Assembly (NCBI GenBank): GCA_963832875.1
Contig: CAWHWB010000014.1
Span: 992-64,991 of the forward strand
Direction of reading: 5' to 3'
From: an uncultured Alphaproteobacteria bacterium
GTDB lineage: Bacteria > Pseudomonadota > Alphaproteobacteria > ATCC43930 > CGMCC-115725
Length of the DNA stretch: 64,000 nt
This document shows, one piece after another, positions 50,112-62,049 of the stretch (its first letter is position 1; each line of letters starts with the position of its first letter). Below the pieces are notes generated by a model. It made no database searches and was not told the DNA's origin. It saw nothing but the letters and a program-made list of their open reading frames with translations. A program made the position numbers and the translations under genes.

Positions 50112-52307
<2,196 letters not shown>

Positions 52308-52349
52308 CGGCGCCCATCTACGCGCGTCGGTCGTGAAGCGCGCCGGCCG

Positions 52350-52736
52350 ATGATCGAGCGGTACAGCGACCACGCCGCCAATGAGCGGACGTTTCTTGCC
52401 TGGGTGCGCACCGCGATCGCCATCATGGCGTTCGGGTTCCTGGTTCAGAAATTCGACCTGTTCCTGCGGATCGCCGCCGGCTCCTTCGCCGCGCGGTCCG
52501 CGCCGGCGCGGGGTCAGACCGTCGGCACCGCCGCCGGCCTGCTGCTGATCGTGCTGGGCGGCGCCATGATGGTTTTCGCCGCGATCCGCTTCCGCAAGAC
52601 CGCGCTCGCTATCGACGCCGCAGAAATGCGGCCAGGTCCGGGGGTGGGGCTGGACCTGACCCTGGTGGCGCTGCTGCTGCTGCTCGGGGCGATTTTGTTC
52701 CTCTATATGATTTATTCGGTATTCAGCCGGTTCTGA
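52350..52736 (+). CDS. DUF202 (YidH) family membrane protein
   Basis: HAANERTFLAWVRTAIAIMAFGF plus two further TM segments. 128 aa. Confidence 0.75.
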   Translation: MIERYSDHAANERTFLAWVRTAIAIMAFGFLVQKFDLFLRIAAGSFAARSAPARGQTVGTAAGLLLIVLGGAMMVFAAIRFRKTALAIDAAEMRPGPGVGLDLTLVALLLLLGAILFLYMIYSVFSRF

Positions 52737-52830
52737 GGCGAAAGCTCTTTCGATGCCGCTCGGGCGCTTGCCGGGAACGGAAACACCGCTATATTCCGCC
52801 GCCCTTTGCTGCTCAGGTAATTTTTCGGGA

Positions 52831-53826
52831 ATGAATGAAGCACTGCTCGACGTTGTCGGCATCGGCAACGCCATCGTCGATGTGATCGCCCGGGCCGACG
52901 AGGCGTTTCTCGAACGACAGGGGCTGGTCAAGGGGACGATGGCCTTGATCGACACGGCGCGCGCCGAGGCGCTCTACGAAATGATGGGGCCGGGGATTGA
53001 GGCCTCGGGCGGGTCTGCCGGCAACACGATGGCCGGGATCGCCTCGCTCGGCGGCAACGGCGCCTATATCGGCAAGGTGCGCGACGATCTCTTGGGCTCG
53101 GTCTACCGGCACGATCTGACGGCGCAAGGGGTGCGCTTCGACACGCCGGCCGCGACCAGCGGCCCCGGCACCGCCCGCTGCTTGATTCTCGTCACCGCCG
53201 ATGGTCAGCGCACTTTGAACACCTATCTCGGCGCCTGCGTGGCGCTAGGTCCCGACGACATCGACCCGGGCATCGTCGGGGCGGCTCAGGTGACCTATCT
53301 CGAAGGCTATTTGTTCGATCCGCCCTTGGCGCAGCAGGCGTTCCGCCAGGCCGCCGCCGTCGCCCACGCGGCCGGGCGCCGCGTGGCGCTGTCGCTGTCC
53401 GACCCGTTCTGCGTCGAACGCCATCGCGCGGCGTTTCGCGAGCTGGTGGATGGGCATGTCGATATCCTCCTCGCCAACGAAGTCGAGATCTGCTCGCTCT
53501 ACGAGACCGGCGATTTCGCCGCCGCGGCCGCCGCGGTGCGCGGTCATGTCGCGATCGCCGCCTTGACCCGCAGCGCTCTCGGCAGCCTGATCCTGGCCGA
53601 CGGCGCTGAGCATACGGTGGCGGCGGCGCCAGTCGCCCGCGTCGTCGATACCACCGGCGCCGGCGATCTCTACGCCAGCGGGTTTCTCTATGGCTTGACT
53701 CACGGGCTGCCGCTCCCGGCCTGCGGCAGGATCGGCAGCTTGTGCGCCGCGGAAATCATTAGCCATGTCGGCGCCCGTCCCGAGGTCGCGCTGTCGCGGC
53801 TGGTCGCGGCATCCGGCCCCGTCTGA
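52831..53826 (+). CDS. PfkB-family kinase, adenosine kinase-like
   Basis: ATG at 52831. Contains DVVGIGNAIVDV, GGSAGNT and VVDTTGAGDLYASGFLYGL. Confidence 0.8.
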   Translation: MNEALLDVVGIGNAIVDVIARADEAFLERQGLVKGTMALIDTARAEALYEMMGPGIEASGGSAGNTMAGIASLGGNGAYIGKVRDDLLGSVYRHDLTAQGVRFDTPAATSGPGTARCLILVTADGQRTLNTYLGACVALGPDDIDPGIVGAAQVTYLEGYLFDPPLAQQAFRQAAAVAHAAGRRVALSLSDPFCVERHRAAFRELVDGHVDILLANEVEICSLYETGDFAAAAAAVRGHVAIAALTRSALGSLILADGAEHTVAAAPVARVVDTTGAGDLYASGFLYGLTHGLPLPACGRIGSLCAAEIISHVGARPEVALSRLVAASGPV

Positions 53827-54108
53827 CCAGCGCGGGGCCGTGGCTGTGTCGGCGCAGCACCGGCGTTCCAGCGCTGCGCTCCCCTCAACGGCTTGACCTG
53901 CGGCCAGTCGCTTCCCAATTGGGGTAAGATCGTCAACTTGCGCGTTGCCGAAATCGTCTGTGATGCCGGCCGCGGCCCGAGCGCAGCTTGTCGGCAGCTC
54001 GTCACCCCGCCGATGATGGCCGCTGCAAACTCGCTGCAAAAAACAGCGGGGACAGCAAAACCTCGCGATCTTGCCGCGCCCTCCGGGGCGCGGATCGGTA
54101 TTGGAACC

Positions 54109-55932
54109 ATGGATATCCGCAACATTGCGATCATCGCCCATGTCGACCACGGCAAGACCACCCTGGTCGACGCCATGCTGCGCCAGTCGGGTGCCTTTCG
54201 TGCCAATCAGCAGGTGGCCGAGCGGGCGCTCGATTCGAACGAGCTCGAACGCGAGCGCGGCATCACGATCCTGGCGAAATGCACCTCGATCGTCTGGCGG
54301 GGCGTGCGCATCAACATCGTCGACACGCCGGGCCACGCCGATTTCGGCGGCGAGGTCGAGCGCATCCTCAACATGGTCGATGGCGTGCTGGTGCTGGTCG
54401 ACGCCGCCGAGGGGCCGATGCCGCAGACCAAGTTCGTGCTCGGCAAGGCGTTGCGCCAGGGCCTCCATCCGATCGTCGTGATCAACAAGGTCGACCGCCC
54501 GGACGCTCGCGCCGGCGCCGTCCACAACGAGATCTTCGATCTGTTCGCGGTGCTCGAGGCGAGCGAGGCGCAGCTCGATTTCCCGACCCTGTTCGCCTCG
54601 GGGCGCAACGGCTGGGCGGTCGCGGATTTGGATGCGCCGCGCCGCGACCTTGCCCCGCTGTTCGAGCTGATCCTGTCGCACGTGCCGCCGCCCGCGGCCG
54701 ATCCCGAGGCGCCGTTCGCGATGCTGGCGACGACCTTGGATTACGACCCCTACCTCGGCCGGGTGCTGACCGGGCTGATCCACTCTGGGGTGGCCCGGCT
54801 CAACATGCCGGTCAAGTCGCTCGGCCGCGACGGCCGGGTCATCGAACAGGCGCGGCTAACCAAATTGCAGGCGTTCCGCGGGCTCGACCGCCGCCCGATC
54901 GAGGAGGCGCAGGCAGGCGACATCATCGCCGTCGCCGGGCTCGCCCTGACCACGGTCGCCGACACGATCTGCGCGCCTGAGGTCATGCTGCCGCTGCCGG
55001 CCGACCCGATCGACCCGCCGACCCTGGCGATGACCTTTTCGGTCAACGACAGCCCGCTCGCCGGGCGCGAGGGAACCAAGGTGACCTCGCGGATGATCGG
55101 CGAGCGCCTATTCCGCGAGGCCGAAGGCAATGTCGCGATCGAGGTCACCCAGAGTGCGCAGAAGGAGGCGTTCGAGGTCGCCGGCCGCGGCGAATTGCAG
55201 CTCGGCGTTTTGATCGAGACGATGCGGCGCGAAGGCTACGAATTGTCGATCTCGCGCCCGCGGGTGCTGTTCAAGAGCGATCCGGCGACCGGCCGGCGGC
55301 TCGAGCCGATCGAGGAGGTCGTGGTCGATGTCGACGAGGAATTCGCCGGCATCGTCGTCGACAAGATGAGCCGCCGCAAGGCCGAGATGCAGCAGATGCG
55401 GCCCTCAGGCGGCGGCAAGCTGCGGCTGACTTTTTTGGGGCCGACGCGCGGGCTGATCGGCTATCAGGGCGAGTTCCTGACCGACACCCGCGGCACCGGG
55501 GTCATGAGCCGGCTGTTCCACGGCTACGCACTGCACAAGGGGCCGCTCGAAGGCCGCCGCAACGGCGTCCTGGTGTCGACCGCCAATGGGGTCGCGATCG
55601 CCTATGCGCTGTGGAATCTCGAAGAGCGCGGACCGATGTTCATCGATCCGGGAGCGCAGATCTACGAGGGGATGATCATCGGCGCCCATACCCGCGGCAA
55701 CGACCTCGACGTGAACCCGGCCAAGGGCAAGCAACTGACCAACATCCGCACCACGTCGAAGGACGAGGCGGTGCGGCTGACCCCGCCGGTGGCGATGAGC
55801 CTCGAACAAGCGATCGCCTATATCGGTGACGACGAACTGGTCGAGGTCACCCCCAAATCGATCCGCCTGCGCAAGCGCCTCCTCGACCCCAACGTGCGCA
55901 AACGCGCCGCCCGCGCCGCCGCCGCCGAGTAG
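54109..55932 (+). CDS. typA: Translational GTPase TypA/BipA
   Basis: [33 protein letters not shown] and [11 protein letters not shown]. 607 aa. Confidence 0.95.
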   Translation: MDIRNIAIIAHVDHGKTTLVDAMLRQSGAFRANQQVAERALDSNELERERGITILAKCTSIVWRGVRINIVDTPGHADFGGEVERILNMVDGVLVLVDAAEGPMPQTKFVLGKALRQGLHPIVVINKVDRPDARAGAVHNEIFDLFAVLEASEAQLDFPTLFASGRNGWAVADLDAPRRDLAPLFELILSHVPPPAADPEAPFAMLATTLDYDPYLGRVLTGLIHSGVARLNMPVKSLGRDGRVIEQARLTKLQAFRGLDRRPIEEAQAGDIIAVAGLALTTVADTICAPEVMLPLPADPIDPPTLAMTFSVNDSPLAGREGTKVTSRMIGERLFREAEGNVAIEVTQSAQKEAFEVAGRGELQLGVLIETMRREGYELSISRPRVLFKSDPATGRRLEPIEEVVVDVDEEFAGIVVDKMSRRKAEMQQMRPSGGGKLRLTFLGPTRGLIGYQGEFLTDTRGTGVMSRLFHGYALHKGPLEGRRNGVLVSTANGVAIAYALWNLEERGPMFIDPGAQIYEGMIIGAHTRGNDLDVNPAKGKQLTNIRTTSKDEAVRLTPPVAMSLEQAIAYIGDDELVEVTPKSIRLRKRLLDPNVRKRAARAAAAE

Positions 55933-55958
55933 CCTTGGTTGCGGATGCGAAGCCGCGC

Positions 55959-56198
55959 TCAGATCCCGCTCTCGATCCGGCGTGCGATCCATTGATTGAG
56001 GCTCACCCCTTCGGCCTGGGCGCGCAGCGCCGCGTGCCGGTCGGTTTGCGGACTGACGCGGAGCAGGATCTTGGCGCTGTGCGGCCGGTCCGGCGGCTCG
56101 CCGCGTTCGGCGCAGAAGGCGAGGTGGTCGTCGATGCTGCGGCGGAAGGCTTGCTAGACTTCGGCGAAGGTCGCGCCCTCGAAGGTGATTACATGCCC
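55959..56198 (-). pseudogene. HicB-family antitoxin remnant (N-terminally truncated, in-frame TAG at 56154-56156)
   Basis: Minus-strand reading gives HVITFEGATFAEV*QAFRRSIDDHLAFCAERGEPPDRPHSAKILLRVSPQTDRHAALRAQAEGVSLNQWIARRIESGI*. The RHH-like tail (SLNQWI) is typical of HicB antitoxins. No HicA partner is present. Confidence 0.5.
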
Positions 56199-56348
56199 TT
56201 AGCCCGGATCGTGGTTTGACTTTGGCGCGCCGCCGGTTGTAGCCTTGCGCCATTCCCGAAAATGCGGGCGAAACGCCACGGCTCCCGCTGCTTTCGAGCG
56301 CGGACGGCCCTACCGGGACAACAACAACCTGAAACGGACCTCGATCGG

Positions 56349-56966
56349 ATGAGCAGCAAGCGTCAGGAACCGAAGTACAAGATCAACCGGCGTCTCGGGG
56401 TCAATCTGTGGGGGCGGCCGAAGAGCCCGCTCAACCGCCGCGAATACGGGCCCGGCCAGCACGGTCAGCGGCGCAAGAAGCCGTCCGATTTCGGCACCCA
56501 GCTCGCCGCCAAGCAGAAACTCAAGGGCTATTACGCCAACCTCGGCGAACGCCAGTTCCGCAGGCTTTACGAAGAGGCGGTCCGCCGTCGCGGCGACACA
56601 GGCGACAATCTGATCGAGCTGTTGGAGCGCCGGCTCGACGCGGTCGTCTATCGCATGAAGCTGGTGCCGACCCCGTTCGCCGCGCGCCAGCTGGTCAATC
56701 ACGGGCATGTCCGGGTCAATGGCCGGCGGGTGACGATCCCGTCCTACACGGTCCGTGACGGCGACGAGATCGAGCTCGGCGGCAAGGCGAAGGCCATGGC
56801 GCTGGTGCTCGAAGCATCGAGATCCGGGGAGCGTGACGTTCCCGATTACGTCGAAATCGACCACGATCGCATGAAGGGCCGCTTCATTCGCGCGCCAAAG
56901 CCGACCGATGTGCCCTATCCGGTGTCGATGGAGCCGAACCTCGTCATCGAGTTTTATTCGCGCTGA
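56349..56966 (+). CDS. rpsD: 30S ribosomal protein S4
   Basis: [28 protein letters not shown], and the S4 domain [13 protein letters not shown]...[17 protein letters not shown]. Confidence 0.95.
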   Translation: MSSKRQEPKYKINRRLGVNLWGRPKSPLNRREYGPGQHGQRRKKPSDFGTQLAAKQKLKGYYANLGERQFRRLYEEAVRRRGDTGDNLIELLERRLDAVVYRMKLVPTPFAARQLVNHGHVRVNGRRVTIPSYTVRDGDEIELGGKAKAMALVLEASRSGERDVPDYVEIDHDRMKGRFIRAPKPTDVPYPVSMEPNLVIEFYSR

Positions 56967-57140
56967 TCCGTCTGCGCTGATCCTCTGGGCGAAGCCGGCG
57001 GCGCGGTTCGATCCACTGGTCGAAGGCCCCGCACCGCAGCGGGTCGAAGCTGTCTTGCCGGAAATTAGCCGACGCCGCGGCAAGTCTTCGCGAGTGTAGC
57101 CGGCGCCGCGCCCTGATGTGCGCCGCGATCGAACGGGACG

Positions 57141-58451
57141 ATGGCAATGCTGATTGTGCCGATCACGGTCGTCCTTCTGCTGGTCCTGATCAACGGCTTT
57201 TTTGCGATGGCCGAGATTGCGCTGGTCTCGGCCAGGACGGCGCGGCTGAAGGCGCTGAGCGAGGCCGGAAGCCCGGGCGCCCAGGCTGCGCTCGAACTGC
57301 GCTCGGACCCCTCGCGCCTGCTCGCTACGGTGCAGATCGGGATCACCGTGATCGCGGTCTTGTCAGGCACCTTCGGCCAGGCCACCTTGGGCGAACGCCT
57401 GCAATCGGTGCTCGACAGCCGTTCCGGGTTCATCGGCCATTACGCGCACGCGATCAGCATGGCGATCGTGGTCATCGCGATCTCATATCTGTCGCTGATC
57501 ATCGGCGAACTGGTTCCCAAGCGCATCGCTCTGGTCCATCCCGAGCGGATTGCCGCGGCGTTGGCGCGGCTGATGCGGGGGATGGCGCGGGCGGGAGCGC
57601 CGATCGAATGGTTTCTGAGCGCTTCGGCCGATCTGGTGCTGCGCCTTTTGCCGTTGCGCAGCGAAGGGGCGCAGCCGGTGACCGATCAAGAGATCAGCTA
57701 CATGCTGCGCGAAGGGACCGCAACCGGCCACATCCCGCAGGCCGAGACCGAGATCGTCGAAATGGCGCTGCGGCTCGGCGACCGCCGCGCCAACACGGTG
57801 ATGACGCCGCGCACCCAGATCGAGTGGCTCGATCTCGACGATCCGGAGGAAGAGAACCGGCGTAAGCTCCGCGGCAGCCCCCATTCCCGCTTCCCAGTGG
57901 TGCAAGGCGGCTCGCAGCAGGTCATCGGCATCGTCGAAGCCAAGGAGCTGCTCGGCCGTTGCCTCGCCGGGCTGCCGCTCGATCTGCGCGCGGCGACGCG
58001 ACCGCCACTCTATCTGCCGAACACGGTCAGCGTGCTGCGCGTCCTCGACGTGTTCAAAAGCTCGGGCGAGCCGATGGCGCTGATCGTCGACGAATACGGC
58101 GATCTCGAAGGGCTGGTCACGCCGAGCGACATCCTCGAGGCCTTGGTCGGCGACATTCCGGGCTCGGGCGACGCCGATCAGCGGGTGGTGCGACGCGAAG
58201 ACGGCACCTGGCTGATCGACGGCATGGTCGGCCTCGACGAGCTGAAGCAGGTGCTGGGCCAGTCCCATCTCTCCGGCGAGGACGCCGATTTCCACACCCT
58301 CGGCGGCTATCTGATGGCCCGGCTCAACCGGGTGCCGATGATCGCCGACCGGGTCACCGCCGACGGCTACCAGTTCGAGGTCGTCGAGATGGACGGCCGC
58401 CGGGTCGACCGGGTGCTGATCTCGCCGCTCGTCGCCAAGGGAAGGCGGTGA
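57141..58451 (+). CDS. CNNM/HlyC-CorC family transporter (DUF21 - CBS pair - CorC_HlyC)
   Basis: LINGFFAMAEIALVSAR, a CBS region (VMTPRTQIEWLD..., FPVVQGGSQQVIGIV) and C-terminal GYQFEVVEMDGRRVDRV. Confidence 0.9.
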   Translation: MAMLIVPITVVLLLVLINGFFAMAEIALVSARTARLKALSEAGSPGAQAALELRSDPSRLLATVQIGITVIAVLSGTFGQATLGERLQSVLDSRSGFIGHYAHAISMAIVVIAISYLSLIIGELVPKRIALVHPERIAAALARLMRGMARAGAPIEWFLSASADLVLRLLPLRSEGAQPVTDQEISYMLREGTATGHIPQAETEIVEMALRLGDRRANTVMTPRTQIEWLDLDDPEEENRRKLRGSPHSRFPVVQGGSQQVIGIVEAKELLGRCLAGLPLDLRAATRPPLYLPNTVSVLRVLDVFKSSGEPMALIVDEYGDLEGLVTPSDILEALVGDIPGSGDADQRVVRREDGTWLIDGMVGLDELKQVLGQSHLSGEDADFHTLGGYLMARLNRVPMIADRVTADGYQFEVVEMDGRRVDRVLISPLVAKGRR

Positions 58452-58473
58452 CGCATCCTGGCGGAGGGCCACG

Positions 58474-58707
58474 GTGCAACTCGACACTGACGACGCTATG
58501 TCTCGTGGCATGGGCGCGCGAGTGGGATGCGGCGAGTTTGCGGAGGCTACCGCTTTGACCGGGGGCGCCGAACTCGTCACGAAAACGGACATGCAGATCG
58601 CGCCGGGCGATCTCGAACAGCGGCTGACCATCAAAATCGGCAGCATGCTCATTGTCGCCGTGGACATCCTGGCGGCGCTGCGTTTTTTCCCCACGGTGCA
58701 TCCGTGA
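58474..58707 (+). CDS. Hypothetical 77-aa ORF coupled (GTGA) to the RskA-like gene; possibly the detached N-terminal part of an anti-sigma factor
   Basis: The ORF ends in TGA at 58705-58707, overlapping GTG at 58704. I could not confirm a clear family match by eye. Confidence 0.25.
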   Translation: MQLDTDDAMSRGMGARVGCGEFAEATALTGGAELVTKTDMQIAPGDLEQRLTIKIGSMLIVAVDILAALRFFPTVHP

Positions 58708-59195
58708 CGGACGGCCGCGCCCTGCCTGCCCTCCTCGGAATAAGGGACAAGGTTACGTTCTGGCGGGGCGCCGCAACGGTGCTCGCGACCGTGGCGCTCG
58801 CCCTCCTGGTCGCGACGCTCGTCGCGCGTCCCTCGCCCGAGTTTACCGAGCGGAAGGTTATTGCCCTCGTGCGCGACCGCGCCCAGCGCCCGCTATGGGC
58901 GATCCGGCTCGCCCGCTCGGCTCATCAGATCGCCGTCGACAGCCTGATGCCGCCACCGGTGCCGGCCGGCCATGTCTATCAGCTCTGGCTCGAGGTGCCG
59001 GGGGCCGGCGCGCCGCGACCGCTCGGCCTGTTGCCGCAATCCGGGCGCACGGAAATTCCCGAGGCACCGGTCGATACCCGCTTGTTGACCGGGCCCGGCG
59101 AACTGGTCGTCACGGTCGAGGCCAAGGGCGGCTCGCAGCAACCGGGGCCGACTGGGCCGGCGCTGTTTCTCGGCAAGCTCGATACTCCGGGCTGA
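58704..59195 (+). CDS. Anti-sigma factor RskA-like C-terminal domain protein (TM + periplasmic domain)
   Basis: Has TM WRGAATVLATVALALLVATLV and the family block HVYQLWLEVPGAGAPRPLGLL...ELVVTVEAKGGSQQPGPTGPALFLGKL. The start is taken as GTG 58704 but is uncertain. Confidence 0.6.
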   Translation: MTDGRALPALLGIRDKVTFWRGAATVLATVALALLVATLVARPSPEFTERKVIALVRDRAQRPLWAIRLARSAHQIAVDSLMPPPVPAGHVYQLWLEVPGAGAPRPLGLLPQSGRTEIPEAPVDTRLLTGPGELVVTVEAKGGSQQPGPTGPALFLGKLDTPG

Positions 59196-59399
59196 ACCCG
59201 GGCGGCAACGCAAATGTTAAAAAGCGCGACGTTTAAGTTTTTTTGACAACGCATCGGTCAGTAAGGGGCGGGGCTTTAGCTGACTATGGACGCGCGGCTT
59301 CGGTCGCAGCAAGTTCGTGAATGTCGGGCGTGAATATCGGCTCGACCGATGACACGGCCCCTCTTATAGTGGCCGGCCAAAGGCGGGGATTTCGAAAAA

Positions 59400-59936
59400 T
59401 TGCGGCAAAACCACTACGCCCCGTCGGTTGCCGTGGTCATGGGCGTCGCCGGCGCCGGCAAGACCACGGTCGGGGAGCGCCTGGCGGAACGGCTCGGTTG
59501 GGAATTCGCTGAGGGGGATCGGTTTCACCCGCCGGAGAATGTGGCAAAGATGCAAAGCGGGCATCCGTTGACCGATGCGGACCGGGCGCCGTGGCTCGCC
59601 GCCATCGCCGGGGCGATCGACGCCTGGCAGGCGCGCAACGCCCGCGGCGTGATGACCTGCTCGGCGTTGAAGCGCGAATATCGCCGTCGGATCATCGGCG
59701 ACCGGCCGGGAGTTCGCCTGGTTTACCTCAACGGCTCGCGTGAGCTGATCGCCGCGCGCCTCGCCGCCCGGCGGAATCATTTCATGCCGGCGAGCCTGCT
59801 CGACAGCCAGTTCGCCACCCTCGAACCGCCCGGCCCGAACGAAAACCCGATAACGGTGGCAATCGATCAACCGATCGATCGCATCGTGGAGCAGATCGCC
59901 GCTGCTATGAACTGCGACGGTGCAACGAACTTGTGA
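59400..59936 (+). CDS. gntK: Gluconokinase
   Basis: P-loop VVMGVAGAGKTTVGERLA, then EGDRFHPPENVAKMQSGHPLTDADRAPWL and CSALKREYR. TTG at 59400 is the ORF maximum; the start could be a few codons later. Confidence 0.8.
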   Translation: MRQNHYAPSVAVVMGVAGAGKTTVGERLAERLGWEFAEGDRFHPPENVAKMQSGHPLTDADRAPWLAAIAGAIDAWQARNARGVMTCSALKREYRRRIIGDRPGVRLVYLNGSRELIAARLAARRNHFMPASLLDSQFATLEPPGPNENPITVAIDQPIDRIVEQIAAAMNCDGATNL

Positions 59937-59963
59937 CCCGGGTTTCCCGATGACCAAGACCCG

Positions 59964-62045
59964 ATGACGGAGAAAAGATCAATGGCGCCCGCCGGCTCGA
60001 TCGACGAAGTCTGCGTCAACACCATCCGCACGCTGTGCATCGACGCGGTGCAGCAGGCCAATTCCGGCCATCCCGGAACGCCGATGGCGATGGCGCCGCT
60101 GGTCTACACGCTCTGGCAAGATTTTCTGCGCTTTGATCCGGCCGACCCGATTTGGCCCAACCGCGACCGCTTCGTCTTGTCCTCGGGGCATGCTTCAACC
60201 CTGCTCTATTCGCTGTTGCACCTGACCGGCGTCACTTCGGTCGACGCCGAGTACGAGCGGCTCGGCACGCCCGCGGTGTCGCTCGACGATCTGAAGCACT
60301 TCCGCCAGCTCGGCAGCAAATGCCCAGGCCATCCCGAATACCATCTGACCTCGGGGATCGAGACCACGACCGGACCGCTCGGCCAGGGGATCGCCAACAG
60401 CGTCGGCATGGCGATCGCGGCCGATTGGCTGGCCCGGCATTTCAACCGGCCCGGGTTCGATATATTCGATTACGACGTCTTTGCGCTGTGCGGCGACGGC
60501 TGCATGATGGAGGGAGTGGGCAGCGAGGCGGCCTCGCTCGCCGGCCATCTGCGGCTCGGCAACCTAACCTGGATCTACGACAGCAACCACATCACGATCG
60601 AGGGCCACACCTCGCTCGCGTTCTCCGAGGATGTCGCGGCCCGGTTTCTCGGCTATGGGTGGCAGGTCCTGCGGGTCAGCGACGCCAACGACCGCGAGCG
60701 GATCGCCGGTGTGATCGCCGACGCCCAGCGCACCGACGAGCGGCCGACCCTGATCATTATCGAAAGCCATATCGCCTATGGCGCGCCGCACAAGCAGGAT
60801 ACCTCCGCCGCGCATGGCGAGCCCTTGGGCGCAGACGAGGTGCGCGCGACCAAACGCGCCTACGGCTGGCCGGAAGACGCGAAATTCCTGGTGCCCGATG
60901 GCGTCTATGAGCATTTCGCCGCCACCTTTGGCGCGCGCGGCAAAAAGCTGCGGGCTAAGTGGCTGGCGTTGTTCGAACGCTACCGCGCCGAATACCCAGA
61001 CCTCGCCGATGCTTGCGAGCGCATGCAGCGGCGCGATCTGCCGGAAGGCTGGGATCGGGACATCCCGGTCTTTGCGGCCGATCCCAAAGGCATCGCCAGC
61101 CGGGATTCCTCGGCCCAGGTGCTGAACGCGATAGCCCCGAAGCTGCCCTGGCTGTTGGGCGGCGCCGCCGATCTCGCGCCCTCGACCAAGACGCGGCTTA
61201 CCTTTGCCGGCGCCGGCGATTTCGAGGCCGGCGAATTCGGCGGCCGCAATTTCCATTTCGGCATCCGCGAGCATGCGATGGGCTCGATCTGCAACGGCAT
61301 GTCGGTGTCGAAACTGCGACCCTACGGCTCGGGCTTTCTGATCTTTTCCGACTATATGAAGGCGCCGATACGGTTGAGCGCGCTGATGGAATTGCCGGTC
61401 GTTTGGATCTTTACCCATGATTCGATCGGTGTCGGTGAGGACGGGCCGACCCACCAGCCGGTCGAGCAGGTGATTGGGCTGCGCGGCATCCCCGGACTGA
61501 TCGTGCTGCGCCCGGCCGACGCCAACGAGGTCGCCGAGGCATGGCGGCTCGTCTTGGCATTAAAGCACCAGCCGGCCTGCCTCATTCTGAGCCGGCAGAA
61601 TCTGCCGACCCTCGATCGCGCCCGCTACGCCACGGCGAGCGGGCTCAAGCGCGGCGCTTACGTTCTCGCCGATTCGGGCCGCGGGCCGCCCGAGGTGATC
61701 CTGATCGCCACCGGGAGCGAGGTCTCGCTGTGCGTCGAGGTTTATGAAAAGCTCGCTGCCGAAGGGGTCAAGGTGCGGGTCGTCAGCATGCCGTCCTGGG
61801 AATTGTTCGAGCATCAGGACACGGCCTACCGCGCTTCGGTGCTACCCCCTGAGGTGACCCGCCGGGTCGCGGTCGAGCAGGCCTCGACCCTCGGCTGGGA
61901 GCGTTACACCGGACTGCGGGGCACCATTGTCGGGATGAAGACTTTCGGCGCTTCGGCGCCCTTGAAAGAACTTCTCGTCAAATTCGGGTTCACCCCCGAG
62001 CACGTCTATGCCGCTGCCAAAGAGCAGCTCGCCCGCAAGGAGTAA
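59964..62045 (+). CDS. tkt: Transketolase
   Basis: NSGHPGTPMAMAPLVY, RDRFVLSSGHAS, GPLGQGIANSVGMA, CGDGCMMEG and THDSIGVGEDGPTHQPVE. Confidence 0.95.
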   Translation: MTEKRSMAPAGSIDEVCVNTIRTLCIDAVQQANSGHPGTPMAMAPLVYTLWQDFLRFDPADPIWPNRDRFVLSSGHASTLLYSLLHLTGVTSVDAEYERLGTPAVSLDDLKHFRQLGSKCPGHPEYHLTSGIETTTGPLGQGIANSVGMAIAADWLARHFNRPGFDIFDYDVFALCGDGCMMEGVGSEAASLAGHLRLGNLTWIYDSNHITIEGHTSLAFSEDVAARFLGYGWQVLRVSDANDRERIAGVIADAQRTDERPTLIIIESHIAYGAPHKQDTSAAHGEPLGADEVRATKRAYGWPEDAKFLVPDGVYEHFAATFGARGKKLRAKWLALFERYRAEYPDLADACERMQRRDLPEGWDRDIPVFAADPKGIASRDSSAQVLNAIAPKLPWLLGGAADLAPSTKTRLTFAGAGDFEAGEFGGRNFHFGIREHAMGSICNGMSVSKLRPYGSGFLIFSDYMKAPIRLSALMELPVVWIFTHDSIGVGEDGPTHQPVEQVIGLRGIPGLIVLRPADANEVAEAWRLVLALKHQPACLILSRQNLPTLDRARYATASGLKRGAYVLADSGRGPPEVILIATGSEVSLCVEVYEKLAAEGVKVRVVSMPSWELFEHQDTAYRASVLPPEVTRRVAVEQASTLGWERYTGLRGTIVGMKTFGASAPLKELLVKFGFTPEHVYAAAKEQLARKE

Positions 62046-62049
62046 CACC

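Noticed and set aside
53893-53930. Sigma70-like promoter for typA (TTGACC ... TAAGAT).
   Set aside because: The spacer between the hexamers is 26 nt, far from the 16-18 nt optimum.
59216-59247. Possible CtrA box (TTAA...TTAA) and a TTGACA hexamer in the AT-rich spacer before gntK.
   Set aside because: The TTAA half-sites are 12 nt apart, not 7. No acceptable -10 hexamer follows TTGACA at 16-18 nt.
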